A DNA stretch of 34,890 nucleotides from Armatimonadota bacterium (lineage in GTDB: Bacteria; Armatimonadota; JADLDR01). The stretch's first letter is position 1. Each line of letters begins with the position of its first letter. Below, in pieces: positions 9,341 through 19,089 of this stretch. A program made the position numbers and the translations under genes. The notes beneath the pieces were generated by a model. It was not told where the DNA came from and ran no database searches. It saw only the letters and a list, made by a program, of their open reading frames with translations. The stretch lies in the NCBI GenBank assembly GCA_020846535.1, contig JADLDR010000077.1:1-34890 (forward strand), written 5' to 3'.

Positions 9341-10462
9341 CTACCAGTTCGTCAGCGAGCCGTCGGGACGACGATAGATGGGGATGGGGGCGTCGTATTC
9401 TGTCACTTCCAGCGCCTGCTCGGTTCCGAAGGGATCGAACTCCACGCCCAGGCCGGGGCGGCGGGCAGGCCAGAACTTCCCCTGGCGGAACTCGAAGCCG
9501 GAAAGCAGATAGGGAAATGGCCGCCCGCCGTAGGCGTATTCCATCAGGGCCGGACCGGGGAAGGCCGCCAGGGCGTGAACCAGCGCGGCGGTGGCGACCG
9601 GGCCGGTGAAATGGGGAACCATGCCGACATAATGCGTCTCGCAGAGGGCGGCCAGTTTCACCCACTCGCTCAGGCCGCCGACATTGGGCAGGGTCACGCG
9701 GGTATAATCGAGCAGGCGGCGCTCGATCAGGGTATTGCTGTCCCAGCGGTCGCCGTACTGCTCCCCTGCGGCGATGGGGCAGCGCACCTGGCCTCGCAGG
9801 GAGGCGAGCGCCTCCTGGTTCTCGGAGCGCAAAGGGTCTTCCACGAAGAGCGGCTCCATCGGCTCCAGCAGGGTACAGAGCCGGACGGCATCCGCAAGGT
9901 CCAGCCGGGTGTGAAAATCGATCATCCAGTCCCCGTCCGGGCCGACGCCTTCGGCGATCTCGGCGCAACGGTCGGCGGTGAGGCGAATCATCCGGCGGGC
10001 GTCGAAGATGCCGCCTTCGGGGTCGGCCACCGCGGTGCGGTAGGCCCGGAAGCCTGCCTCGATGCAGGCGCGGGCCGTCTCCCGGAATGTGCCCTGCCAG
10101 GGGAACCCGGAATAACACTCGATATAATCGCGCGTCAGGCCGCCCAGCAGTTCGTAGACCGGAACGCCCAGTGCCTTCCCCTTGAGATCCCACAGGGCCA
10201 GATCGAGCGCCCCCAGAGCGTGCAGCTTTTCCCGCCCCGGCGGGTAGAACCACCCCCGGTACATGAACTGCCAGAGGTGCTGGATGCGGGCCGGGTCCTG
10301 CCCGATCAGCATCGCGCCGCACTGGGCCAGCGTATCCCTTGAGCCGCCGTCCCCGATCCCCGTCAGCCCGGCGTCCGTCTCGATGGCGACCACCAGGTTG
10401 CTCTGGTTGAACAGCGGGTTGGCTCCCGGGGGCCTGTACCCCCGGATGCGTGTGATCTTCAT
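9341..10462 (-). CDS. enolase-superfamily enzyme, mandelate racemase/muconate lactonizing family (probable sugar-acid dehydratase, D-galactonate/D-mannonate dehydratase-like)
   Basis: Real start is the internal ATG (MKITRIRGYRPPG...) at 10462, with an AGGAG RBS. Gives 373 aa of enolase-superfamily type (DFH...; EDP; ...IAAGE...). The upstream 326 aa of the 699-aa track ORF is Arg/Pro/Gly-rich non-coding-like sequence overlapping the SGNH gene in another frame. TAG stop. Confidence 0.75.
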   Translation of the reverse strand: MKITRIRGYRPPGANPLFNQSNLVVAIETDAGLTGIGDGGSRDTLAQCGAMLIGQDPARIQHLWQFMYRGWFYPPGREKLHALGALDLALWDLKGKALGVPVYELLGGLTRDYIECYSGFPWQGTFRETARACIEAGFRAYRTAVADPEGGIFDARRMIRLTADRCAEIAEGVGPDGDWMIDFHTRLDLADAVRLCTLLEPMEPLFVEDPLRSENQEALASLRGQVRCPIAAGEQYGDRWDSNTLIERRLLDYTRVTLPNVGGLSEWVKLAALCETHYVGMVPHFTGPVATAALVHALAAFPGPALMEYAYGGRPFPYLLSGFEFRQGKFWPARRPGLGVEFDPFGTEQALEVTEYDAPIPIYRRPDGSLTNW

Positions 10463-10500
10463 CGCTCTTCTCCTTCTGATCCGGGCGCTTTCCGGCGAAC

Positions 10501-11676
10501 TCAGCGTTCGGGCGCGAGCAGAGATTTCATCCAGGCATAGAGCGCATCGCCCATCTGCCGGTATCCGGCGGCGGAAGGGTGTACCCCGTCGTTCTGGCGG
10601 GCAACCATATCCTCCATACGGGCGCTGGCCGGGCCAGGCCGGGTGGGGAAGCCGCGAACGGTATCCAGGCTGACATAGGCGGGAACCAGATAGATTCCCT
10701 CCCCCTCTCGCCCTCCGTAGCGACGCTGCATCGCCTCCACCAGCGCGTGCTGGTTGCGCCGGTACTGCCAGCGGGTCTGCCCGCAGCCGTAACTCGCCCC
10801 GAAGGCGTCCTGCGAGGCGGCGGGCGGGACCGGCGGGATCACCCCGATGCGTGTGCCGGGGCCGCCTGCTCGAATGCCCGCGATGAGCCGGTCGGCGAAC
10901 CCGAGAATATTCCGCACCGCCTGGGGCGCCGCCTCCTCCTTCGCCCCGAAGATATCGTTGCAGCCCAAGGCGATGCTCACGAAATCCGGCGCTCTTCCCC
11001 CGCACTGCTCCTGCACATAGCGGGGGAAATCGAACGCAGCCCCTTTGTCTTCCAGGAAGACAAAGGGGCTGCCGCGCTGGCGGATCTCGGCTCCCTCGGC
11101 GGGAGGAGCGTAGCGGGTCACGAACCGCTCGAACGTCCACCCGCCGTAGCCCTCGTGCCGCACGGCAGGGTCTCCGGGGAGCGGGCTGTGCGTCCCTACC
11201 AGGGTGACCTTCGGGTTCCCCGGCCCCTGGCTCAGGGCCAGCGCCTCCGCCGGGTAGACCGAGGCGTGCGTCAGGCTGTCCCCGATCATCAGAAATGTGA
11301 CTTCCCGCCCTGCCCCCGCATCCGCAGGAACGACCCTGACAGCGGTTTCCGCCGAAGCGATCAGCCGATTGGCCGAGTCGTACACATCCAGCCGCAGCGG
11401 GTGGCTGCCTGTATCCCCTGCCTGCGGGGTGAATGTCCACCGCTCCTCCTGCTGAGCGCCCTTGTCGCAGGTCACATCGAAGAGCAGGCCGCGCTCGCTG
11501 GCAGCCAGAACCACGTTGTCAAAATAGAGGTTCATCTCCCGCCCCACCACGGCCTGGATCTGAAGCGGCAGGATCAGGCGGCATGAGTTGCCCCGGACCC
11601 TCGGCGATGCCCCTGCCAGAGCCGGAACGATCAGCAGCCAAACCAGGGTCAAGCAGGCGTTCCTGAAAAAGCGCAT
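10501..11676 (-). CDS. SGNH/GDSL-family hydrolase (secreted esterase, possibly carbohydrate or sialate O-acetylesterase-like)
   Basis: 391 aa with a signal peptide (LVWLLIVPALAGA). GDSL block LMIGDSLT, GCNDI block, DGVHPS (DxxH) block. AAGGAG RBS. TGA stop. Confidence 0.75.
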   Translation of the reverse strand: MRFFRNACLTLVWLLIVPALAGASPRVRGNSCRLILPLQIQAVVGREMNLYFDNVVLAASERGLLFDVTCDKGAQQEERWTFTPQAGDTGSHPLRLDVYDSANRLIASAETAVRVVPADAGAGREVTFLMIGDSLTHASVYPAEALALSQGPGNPKVTLVGTHSPLPGDPAVRHEGYGGWTFERFVTRYAPPAEGAEIRQRGSPFVFLEDKGAAFDFPRYVQEQCGGRAPDFVSIALGCNDIFGAKEEAAPQAVRNILGFADRLIAGIRAGGPGTRIGVIPPVPPAASQDAFGASYGCGQTRWQYRRNQHALVEAMQRRYGGREGEGIYLVPAYVSLDTVRGFPTRPGPASARMEDMVARQNDGVHPSAAGYRQMGDALYAWMKSLLAPER

Positions 11677-11935
11677 CTATATCTCCTTGCTGGCCTCCCA
11701 TTTCCCGACGGGCGTTCCGGGAAAGCCGGTTCGTTTCCTCATGTAATTGGCTCCGCTTCGCCGGATTCCTGCCGTGAATTTTCGCCGTAATTGGAATCTA
11801 TCCTCCACATATAGAGCGCCCGGCCCGGCAGGAATCTCCCCTCCCCTGTTGAATCCGTTTCCGTCCCTGACATCGGACCGCCGGACGGAAGCGCGGCGAA
11901 CGCGCCGCCGCCCGCTTTTCGAGGAGAGAGCGCCC

Positions 11936-13127
11936 ATGCAAGCCGCCCGCCTGACGATGGACAGCGATTATCATGATCTCGCCTATTTCGGGCGCGGGTC
12001 GCCGGAAGACCTGGAACGGCTTTTCGACCGGATGGCGGAGGCGGGCTTTGCGGCCACCACCTGGGACCATTTCTGGTGCGGGACGGCCCTCTACCATAGC
12101 GAACGCTTCCCGGTTTTCACCAATGCGGCCCGGTGGAAATCGGCCTGCGCCCTGGCGGAAGTCCTCCGGGAGTGGGCCCCGTTGGCCTGCGCCCTCCGGC
12201 TCGGGAAAGAGCGCGGCATCGCGGTGCTGCCCTACTTCCGCCTGCTGAAAGAGGCGTATGCCCCTTTCGACGGAAACAAGTTCTTCCGCAGCGACCCGCA
12301 ATACTGGTGGCGGTCGCGTTGCGGCCTGTACCGCATGGTCGGGTGGCCCTGCTACAGTTATCCCGAGGTGCGGGCGCACATGCTGGAACGGGTGGACGAC
12401 CTGGTGGAGCAGGGCGTGGAAGGGGCGCTCTTCGATCTGGCGAGAACACACATCCCCTATTTCATCCCCTACCGCGGGGAGGCCGACGCCTTCGGCTTCA
12501 ATGATCCCGTGGTGGCCGAATCCGAAGCCCACTACGGCGCGAACCTGGCGCACTACGATATCCTGGAGGACGGGGCCAGCGCCGGACACAGCGGCCTGCC
12601 CTTCACCTACGAGTTCCGATGGGCCGGGGCGCAGCCTTATGACCCCTGGCTGCACCGCAGGCTGATCGGGGAAGGCTTCGACCTCTTTTTCCGGGAAGTC
12701 AGGAGGCGGCACCCCGGTTTTTATATCGCGGTTCAGGCCGGTCTTTTCGAGGGCGGGGGCGGGCCGGAGGAGATGGGCCAGGCTCGCTGCCGCATCGATT
12801 CTGGAAGGGCTGTGCGCCGACGGGGTCGTGGACGAGTTCTCCATCTCCCGCAACTACCGCAGCGAACGGTTCGCCTTCGACGCCCTCCTCCTGCCGCGCT
12901 TCGAGCATGTTCGGAGGAACGGTCACCAACTGACCGCCTGGCTCAACGATTTTTTCGTCTCCGACGGAGGGGGCGGGACGAGAGTTTCCCCTGCCGAGAT
13001 CGAAGGCTATGCGGACGCCTTCCTTTCCAGCCGGATCGATGGGGCAATCATCCACGAGGCCGCCTTCCTGCTCGAAAGCGACTGCCCGGAAGCGGCTTGG
13101 AAGCAGTTGAGACGGTTGGCGGGATGA
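11936..13127 (+). pseudogene. glycoside-hydrolase-like TIM-barrel protein (GHL/DUF-type) interrupted by a +1 frameshift near 12750-12830
   Basis: Protein-like translation MQAARLTMDSDYHDLAYFG...HPGFYIAVQAGLFEGG runs in frame A and then degenerates into Arg-rich nonsense. Plausible protein resumes in frame B (...AASILEGLCADGVVDEFSISRNYRSERFAFDALLLPRFEHV... to TGA at 13125-13127). The switch coincides with the G-run GGGCGGGGGCGGG at 12751-12763. Confidence 0.55.
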
Positions 13128-13995
13128 AGCAGTCACCAACCCTTTTTCTTCTGGCCGCCCTCCTTGTCGCCTGCCCGGAGGGCAGAGCCGAAAGGAGCGC
13201 CCGGTTCGTGATCGCGGGGGCTGGCAGAGTGGCCGACGGGTGGGTCGGTTCAGCGGGGGAAGGCTCCTTCAATGACCGGGTTCTGAGAATGCGCGGGGAG
13301 CCCTGGGAAAGCTACGACCGGGTTCTGATCCGGTTTGATCTGAGGGCGATCTGGTCCGGGTGCTTTGGCCGACTGGCAAGGGTCGTCCTCCGGCTGATAG
13401 CTTCCGAGGCTCATAGTCCCGCCAGTTCCCTCGCGAATGGGGAACCTGCGGCGACCTGACCGGCCCGAAAGCGCGGATCGACACGGCCCGGAAGCTGGGG
13501 GCTATCGAGCGCACCATCCCCTGGTACGGCATGATACTGGCCCCGGGGAATTACCATCCCGGAGACCACCTGACCCCGGACATGATCGAGCGACAGATGG
13601 CAGAGATGAGAGCCTATGCCCCGGAGATGCCCGGCGCGGCCTTTTATGCCAGCGGTGATCCCGAGCTGGCCCGGGCCTGCGACCGGCTGGCGAAAAAGCT
13701 CTTCGTGAACCCCGCCCCCGAAGTCGCCATCTCCGAGCCGTCCTTCCAGGTCCTCCTGGACACGCCTCATGCGGCCGTATGCGCGGAGGCGAAACCGAAG
13801 GACGGGCGCGCCCTCCGCCGGTTCCGATGGTTCATCGACAACTGCCTGATGGCCGAAACCGAAGAGCCGAAGTATGCCTGGAATCTGCGAGGAGAGGAAA
13901 ACGGCATTCACTTCATCACCGTTCACGCTGTCGACAGCACCTACAACCGCTCCGCTGCCCAGATTGCGGTGGATGTCCGACGGGGCAGCCAATAA
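13124..13995 (+). pseudogene. hypothetical lipoprotein gene with an apparent frameshift near 13415-13440
   Basis: ATG at 13124 overlaps the upstream TGA (ATGA). Lipoprotein-like N-terminus MKQSPTLFLLAALLVAC. Frame A reads plausibly to ~13410 (…RVLIRFDLRAIWSGCFGRLARVVLRLIASEA). Plausible protein then continues in another frame from 13417 (…EWGTCGDLTGPKARIDTARKLGAIERTIPWYGMILAPGNYHPGDH… to TAA at 13993-13995). Could be two genes instead. Confidence 0.45.
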
Positions 13996-14014
13996 CTCTC
14001 AGAAAGGCCACAAC

Positions 14015-16129
14015 ATGTTCAAACACCTGTCCTTGCTGCTGGCGGGTTGGCTTGCCATCTCCGCCAGGGCCGAATCGAAGCAGATCCTTTCTTTCGACAC
14101 TCAAGCGGATATGGCGACTCTGAAGGCCAACGGTTCACGAGTGAAGCAGATTGCCGACCGGACGCTAGCGGGAGGCCGGGCGCTGGAGGTCGTTTTCCTG
14201 CACGGGGATTGGCCCAATGTGACGGTCGCTCCCGAAAAGCCAATGGATTGGCGCGGGTTCGGCGGGCTGGCAATGGATATTCACAACCCGGGCAGGGAAC
14301 CTATCCAGTTCGGCGTCCGGGTTGATGATGATCCCCGCGCCGACGGCCTGCGCTTCTGCCGCCAGGGTGGGGCGTCGCTCGCTCCGGGCAAGAAAACCAC
14401 TTTCGTGATGCCTCTGGGAGCCAACCCTATGGATTACGGGATGCGCGGGGTTCCTGTCGAGGACAGCCGCATGCAGGGCGTCGGCATCGACCGCCCCGGG
14501 CCCCTGCACCTGGAGCATATCGTCGCCTTTCAGATCTTCCTGAGCCGGCCGACAGCCCCTCGGAGGCTCATCCTGGATAATATCCGCCTGATCCCCTGGA
14601 CTCTTTCCCTGGAAAAGATAGTGGATGAATTCGGCCAGTACGCTCTCAGAGACTGGCCTGGCAAAGTCCGGTCTATCGAGGATTTAAAAGAGCGTGTCCT
14701 TAAAGAGATGGGGGCGCTGGCGGCTTCCAGCGTATGGAAGGACCGGGACCGATTCGGAGGCTGGGCGTCAGGCCCGCAACAGGATGTCACCGGGTATTTC
14801 CGCACCGAGAAGGTCGGCGGCAAGTGGTGGCTGGTAACACCCGAGGGCCGTCTTTTTTTCTCGGTGGGGATGGACTGCGTCGGCACGCGAAACCCCACCC
14901 TGGTCACCGGGCGGGAGGCGATGTTCGAATGGCTGCCCGGCCCCGGTACTCCCCTGGCACAATATTATGCCCCTGTGAGTGATATACGCTCCGGCCCGGT
15001 CCGGGAAGGTGCCGCCTACGACTTCTTCGCCGCCAATCTGGAGCGCATCTACGGTCCCGGGTTTGAGAAGCCGTGGTACGACCTGACCATCCGCAGGCTC
15101 ATTGCCTGGGGGTTCAACACACTGGGCAACTGGTCGGACTGGAAGCTCCACCGCAACGGGCGCATCCCCTATGTGGCCTCCGGCGGGATTGCCGGAGATC
15201 ACGCCCGAGTCGGGGTGGGGCCGGATGCCTGGACTTATATGCCCGATCCCTTCGATCCCCGGTTCGCAGGCAATGCAGTGCGCTCCCTCCAGGGACTGGC
15301 GGCCAGCGTGGGAGACGATCCCTGGTGCATCGGCTACTTCGTGGACAACGAACTGAACTGGGGGGATGGCAGCGGAGACGAAAGCCGTTATGCCCTGGCC
15401 TTCGGCGCACTATCCGCCGATGCCTCCGCTTCCCCTGCCAAACGCTCCTTCCTCGCCGTCCTGCGGCGTAAATACGGGGATATCGGGCGCTTTAATGCCG
15501 CCTGGGGAACCTGTCTTTCCACATGGGCCGAACTGGAGCCGCCTTTCCGGGCTCCGGCAGTGAGCAGCGGGGATCGCCGTGAGGACTTGCGGGCGTTCGC
15601 CCTCGATATGGCCCGCCGCTACTTCAGAGCGGTTCGCAGCGCGATCCGGAAGGTGGCCCCCCACCACCTGTACCTGGGATGCCGCTTCGCTGGCCACACG
15701 CCCGAGGCAGTGCAGGCTGCTTCCGAATACTGCGATGTCGTCAGTTTCAATATCTACGCCCCTGCGGTAGATCCACGTCGCTATGCCTTCTGTGATCAGC
15801 TGAACAAGCCTTGCATCATCGGAGAGTTCCACTTCGGGGCGCTGGACAGGGGAATGTTCCACACCGGCCTGGTTGGAGCAGCCAGCCAGGAAGAGAGGGC
15901 AGCGATGTACCGCAGCTATGTCCGGAGCGTACTGGATAATCCCGCTTTTGTCGGGTGCCACTGGTTCCAGTATATAGACGAACCGCTCACAGGCCGCTAT
16001 TTCGACGGCGAGAACTATAATATCGGCTTTATCACCACTACCAACACCCCATATCCAGAACTGGTCGAATCGGCGGTTAAAACACACCGGGAGGCGTACC
16101 GGCGGCGGTGGGGACACGGCAACCCGTAA
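14015..16129 (+). CDS. secreted glycoside hydrolase, clan GH-A TIM barrel (GH5/GH42/GH50-like) with N-terminal beta-sandwich domain
   Basis: 704 aa from the ATG at 14015 (MFKHLSLLLAGWLAISARA signal peptide). The track ORF start at 13874 overlaps the upstream gene. Candidate acid/base motif VDNELNWG and nucleophile motif CIIGEFHFG are spaced as in clan GH-A enzymes. Confidence 0.6.
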   Translation: MFKHLSLLLAGWLAISARAESKQILSFDTQADMATLKANGSRVKQIADRTLAGGRALEVVFLHGDWPNVTVAPEKPMDWRGFGGLAMDIHNPGREPIQFGVRVDDDPRADGLRFCRQGGASLAPGKKTTFVMPLGANPMDYGMRGVPVEDSRMQGVGIDRPGPLHLEHIVAFQIFLSRPTAPRRLILDNIRLIPWTLSLEKIVDEFGQYALRDWPGKVRSIEDLKERVLKEMGALAASSVWKDRDRFGGWASGPQQDVTGYFRTEKVGGKWWLVTPEGRLFFSVGMDCVGTRNPTLVTGREAMFEWLPGPGTPLAQYYAPVSDIRSGPVREGAAYDFFAANLERIYGPGFEKPWYDLTIRRLIAWGFNTLGNWSDWKLHRNGRIPYVASGGIAGDHARVGVGPDAWTYMPDPFDPRFAGNAVRSLQGLAASVGDDPWCIGYFVDNELNWGDGSGDESRYALAFGALSADASASPAKRSFLAVLRRKYGDIGRFNAAWGTCLSTWAELEPPFRAPAVSSGDRREDLRAFALDMARRYFRAVRSAIRKVAPHHLYLGCRFAGHTPEAVQAASEYCDVVSFNIYAPAVDPRRYAFCDQLNKPCIIGEFHFGALDRGMFHTGLVGAASQEERAAMYRSYVRSVLDNPAFVGCHWFQYIDEPLTGRYFDGENYNIGFITTTNTPYPELVESAVKTHREAYRRRWGHGNP

Positions 16130-16153
16130 TGTCGCGCAGGGAGGCAGACGACC

Positions 16154-17863
16154 ATGAAACTCCGGCCCGCGCCGGCATTCTTGCTGGCGGTATGGATCTG
16201 TGGATGGGGGCAGCCCACGAAGGCTGCCGGGGAGCAAACGGCCATGAATAACGAAGCGACCGAGGCGCAAGTGGAAGCGCCTTTTCTGGGTGACCAGCCA
16301 GGCGATGTGCAGCGCCTGGAGATGAAAGTGCCCTACGGCGTCCCTCTGGCGCTGCCCGATGGCCGCATCCTGCTGTGGGGTGTTTCCGGCGAAGAGCGCC
16401 GCCAGCAGGCGATTGCCAGCTTCTCGAAAGACAACGGGCACACCTGGACTGAGCCGAAGCCCCTTTTCTCCTTCCCCCAAGACCGGGGAATCTTCACTTC
16501 CGGGGCGGCGCTGGTCTCTCACCAGGGCACGATTCACCTGTTCGGGCTGGACTACTACGGCTTCGACTTCGATCACCGGGAAAAATCGAAAAGCTATCTC
16601 TGGCACGCCCGATCCCGGGACGGCGGCAAGACATGGGAACCTGTTCAGAAGGTGGACTTCGGCCTGGAATACACGGGAGCCTCCAACAACGCCTTCCAAC
16701 TTCGTTCGGGGCGCATCATCGCCCCGGTCAGCGGCCTCTCCCGCCGCAGGATCAGCCCCTGGGTCAGCCTGGCCCCCTATTCCGATGACGACGGGGCCAC
16801 CTGGCACAAACCGCGCCAGCTAATCCCCGTCCCGACCGGGGCCGCCGACTGGTACGAATCCGGAGCCGCAGAGCCGGTGGGGGTGGAGCTTCGCGACGGG
16901 CGCGTGTGGCTCCTGCCACGCTCCCAGGACGGCTACCAGTGGGAAAGCTTCTCCCGGGACGGCGGCCTGCGCTGGTCTCCCGCCCGGCACACCCGTTTTA
17001 TCAGCAACCAGTCCGCCATGGCGGTCATGCGCCTCCGCGACGGGCGGCTCCTCCTGATCTGGAACAACTGCGGCGCGGAGGGCCTGGGCGAAGTGAACTG
17101 GGGAAACGCCGAACGCGCCGTTCTCACTGCCGCTGTCAGCCCGGACGAGGGCAAAACCTGGAAAGGCTACCGCGAGGTGGGTCGCGCCGTCACCGACGCC
17201 CAGGTCTCCTACCCCTATATCACCCAGGCCCGCGACGGCTCGGTACTCCTCTCCGCCGGAGGCAGCCTCGTCCGCCTGGAGCCTGACTTTCTGGCCCGCA
17301 CGCAAATGACGGAAGATTTCTCCCGGGGCCTGCGAAGATGGTCCACCCTGGCTGCCCCCGGAACGAAAGCGGCTTCAGATCCCGACGGCGCTTTCCGCCA
17401 AGCCCTCCTCCTTCTGAAGCCCTCCACAGGCAGACCCTCCGGGGCCTGCCTGAGTTTCCCCTACGGGCGCACCGGCGAGATCGCGCTTTCCCTCAGAACC
17501 ACCCCTGGTTTCCAGGGAGCGCATTTCACCCTCACCGACCACTACGACCTGCCCGGCCTGGAGCGCGAGGGCAGTTTCCCCTTCCGGGCGCTGCCTTCCG
17601 GAAGGATTCAGATCATCGGCAGCGGCGGCTCCTGGCTGGACACGCCCGGCGACCTGCTCCCCGAGAAGCGGCATGAGCTGCGCCTGAAGTGGAATTGCGC
17701 CCGCGGACAGGCGGTTCTCAGGCTGGACGGAACGGAAATCGCCCGCATCGAGCAGCATGTCCGCGCTCCGGGCGTCTGTTATCTCCGCCTCCGCTCCACC
17801 GCCCGAGAAACCGACCCGCACGGGCTATACCTGGCTTCGGTGCGGATCAAGGTAACGCCATGA
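16154..17863 (+). CDS. BNR/Asp-box repeat glycosidase (sialidase-like beta-propeller) with C-terminal beta-sandwich domain
   Basis: 569 aa with a signal peptide. Five Asp-box SxDxGxTW motifs (SKDNGHTW, SRDGGKTW, SDDDGATW, SRDGGLRW, SPDEGKTW). GGGAGG RBS. No clear FRIP motif was seen, so sialidase specificity is unproven. Confidence 0.75.
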   Translation: MKLRPAPAFLLAVWICGWGQPTKAAGEQTAMNNEATEAQVEAPFLGDQPGDVQRLEMKVPYGVPLALPDGRILLWGVSGEERRQQAIASFSKDNGHTWTEPKPLFSFPQDRGIFTSGAALVSHQGTIHLFGLDYYGFDFDHREKSKSYLWHARSRDGGKTWEPVQKVDFGLEYTGASNNAFQLRSGRIIAPVSGLSRRRISPWVSLAPYSDDDGATWHKPRQLIPVPTGAADWYESGAAEPVGVELRDGRVWLLPRSQDGYQWESFSRDGGLRWSPARHTRFISNQSAMAVMRLRDGRLLLIWNNCGAEGLGEVNWGNAERAVLTAAVSPDEGKTWKGYREVGRAVTDAQVSYPYITQARDGSVLLSAGGSLVRLEPDFLARTQMTEDFSRGLRRWSTLAAPGTKAASDPDGAFRQALLLLKPSTGRPSGACLSFPYGRTGEIALSLRTTPGFQGAHFTLTDHYDLPGLEREGSFPFRALPSGRIQIIGSGGSWLDTPGDLLPEKRHELRLKWNCARGQAVLRLDGTEIARIEQHVRAPGVCYLRLRSTARETDPHGLYLASVRIKVTP

Positions 17864-18003
17864 AAGTCGGGTATCTGGTGATTTCTTATCGAAATTGAAA
17901 CATCAACCGGGCCACGCTCGGGATCCTGCCGGCCGTTGATAGCGGGTTGCCCATCCCCCATCACCGGATGATCTTTCAAACCGTTACAACAACCGAGGTG
18001 AAT

Positions 18004-18891
18004 ATGAGCCTTTTGAAAATCGCATTGCTTCAGATGGCCTCTTGCAGGACGGACAGGGAGGCGAACCGGGAAAAAGGAGAGCGGTTTTGCCGGGAGGCCC
18101 ACCGGACCGGGGCGGATATCGCGCTCTTTCCCGAGATGTGGAGCAACGGCTATCGTTTCTTCGATCCGGCCCTGCCCGGAGCGCGGGAGGCGTGGGCGGC
18201 GGAGGCGGTCGGACAGGAAGATCCCTTCATCCTCCATTTCCGGGAGCTTGCCCGCGAGCTGGAGATGGCGATAGCCCTGACCTACCTGGAGCGGTGGGAG
18301 GGCAGGCCGCGCAACACCGTTTCCCTCATAGACCGGCGCGGCGAGATCCGGCTGACCTATGCCAAAGTGCATACCTGCGAGTTCGACATCGAGGCCCATC
18401 TGACGCCCGGGGACGGCTTCCCGGTCTGCCCGCTCGACACCGGGCAGGGAGAGGTCAAAATCGGGGCGATGATCTGCTATGACCGGGAGTTCCCGGAGAG
18501 CGCCCGCATCCTGATGCTGGCCGGGGCAGAGATCATTCTGGTGCCGAATGCCTGCGGCTGGGAGAAACACCGCCGATGCCAGCTTCGCACCCGGGCCTAC
18601 GAAAATATGGTTGGCATCGCCATGACCAACTATGCGGCCCCGGACTGCAACGGCCATTCCGTGGCTTACGATGCGGTCGCCTTCGGGCAGGACGAGAAAC
18701 CGCTCGATCTCCTCATCGTGGAGGCCGGGGAAAGTGAGGGGGTGTATATGGCATCCTTCGACCTGGACCGGCTCAGGGCGTACCGGGAGCATGAAGCCTG
18801 GGGAAACGCCTACCGCCGCCCCCGCCTGTACGGGCTTCTGACTTCCGAACAGGTCGATCCCCCGTTCGTCCGGCCCGACGCCACGCGATAG
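18004..18891 (+). CDS. carbon-nitrogen hydrolase family protein (nitrilase/amidase superfamily)
   Basis: Start at the ATG at 18004 (GAGGTG RBS; MSLLKIALLQMA...). FPEMW glutamate block. Catalytic-Cys block IGAMICYDREFPE. 295 aa. TAG stop. Confidence 0.8.
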   Translation: MSLLKIALLQMASCRTDREANREKGERFCREAHRTGADIALFPEMWSNGYRFFDPALPGAREAWAAEAVGQEDPFILHFRELARELEMAIALTYLERWEGRPRNTVSLIDRRGEIRLTYAKVHTCEFDIEAHLTPGDGFPVCPLDTGQGEVKIGAMICYDREFPESARILMLAGAEIILVPNACGWEKHRRCQLRTRAYENMVGIAMTNYAAPDCNGHSVAYDAVAFGQDEKPLDLLIVEAGESEGVYMASFDLDRLRAYREHEAWGNAYRRPRLYGLLTSEQVDPPFVRPDATR

Positions 18892-18967
18892 AGTTCAGGA
18901 CAGAGGGAATGACGAGAAGGAACCGTTATTTCATGACTTCCGCTTGGCGGTCAGGATCGAGCAGTCG

Positions 18968-19089
18968 CTGTCATTGCGAGGAGCGAAGCGACGAAGCAAT
19001 CTCCAGGGCAACGTCCATGAGCAGAGCCTTCTCGTATATTTGTTACGCTGGAGATTGCCGCAAAGCTAAAGATCCTCGCAATGACAGCG
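18968..19089. repeat. palindromic intergenic repeat element, family 1 copy B (~122 bp)
   Basis: GCTGTCATTGCGAGGAGCGAAGCGACGAAGCAATCTCCAGG ... CGCTGGAGATTGCCGCAAAGCTAAAGATCCTCGCAATGACAGC. Terminal inverted repeats GCTGTCATTGCGAGGA. The central block is shared with copy C. Confidence 0.75.

Noticed and set aside
9341-11440. 699-aa ORF on the minus strand
   Set aside because: Only the C-terminal 373 aa (from MKITRIRGY at 10462) is enolase-like. The N-terminal 326 aa is Arg/Pro/Gly-rich, overlaps the SGNH hydrolase gene in another frame, and has an RBS-preceded internal ATG. It is a read-through artefact of high GC content.
11747-13459. 570-aa ORF on the plus strand
   Set aside because: Composite. 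The 5' end precedes a good RBS-ATG at 11936. The middle third (DSGRAVRRRGRGRV…RLRRPPPAALRACSEERSPTDRL…) is non-protein-like. Real coding sequence continues in other frames. Replaced by the two pseudogene calls.
13874-14014. N-terminal 47-aa extension of the 751-aa ORF
   Set aside because: It overlaps the upstream gene's 3' end and lacks a signal peptide. The ATG at 14015 gives a canonical signal peptide immediately.
15410-16807. 465-aa minus-strand ORF spanning the GH-A and BNR genes
   Set aside because: Antisense to two well-supported plus-strand genes and crosses their intergenic region. Low-complexity translation.
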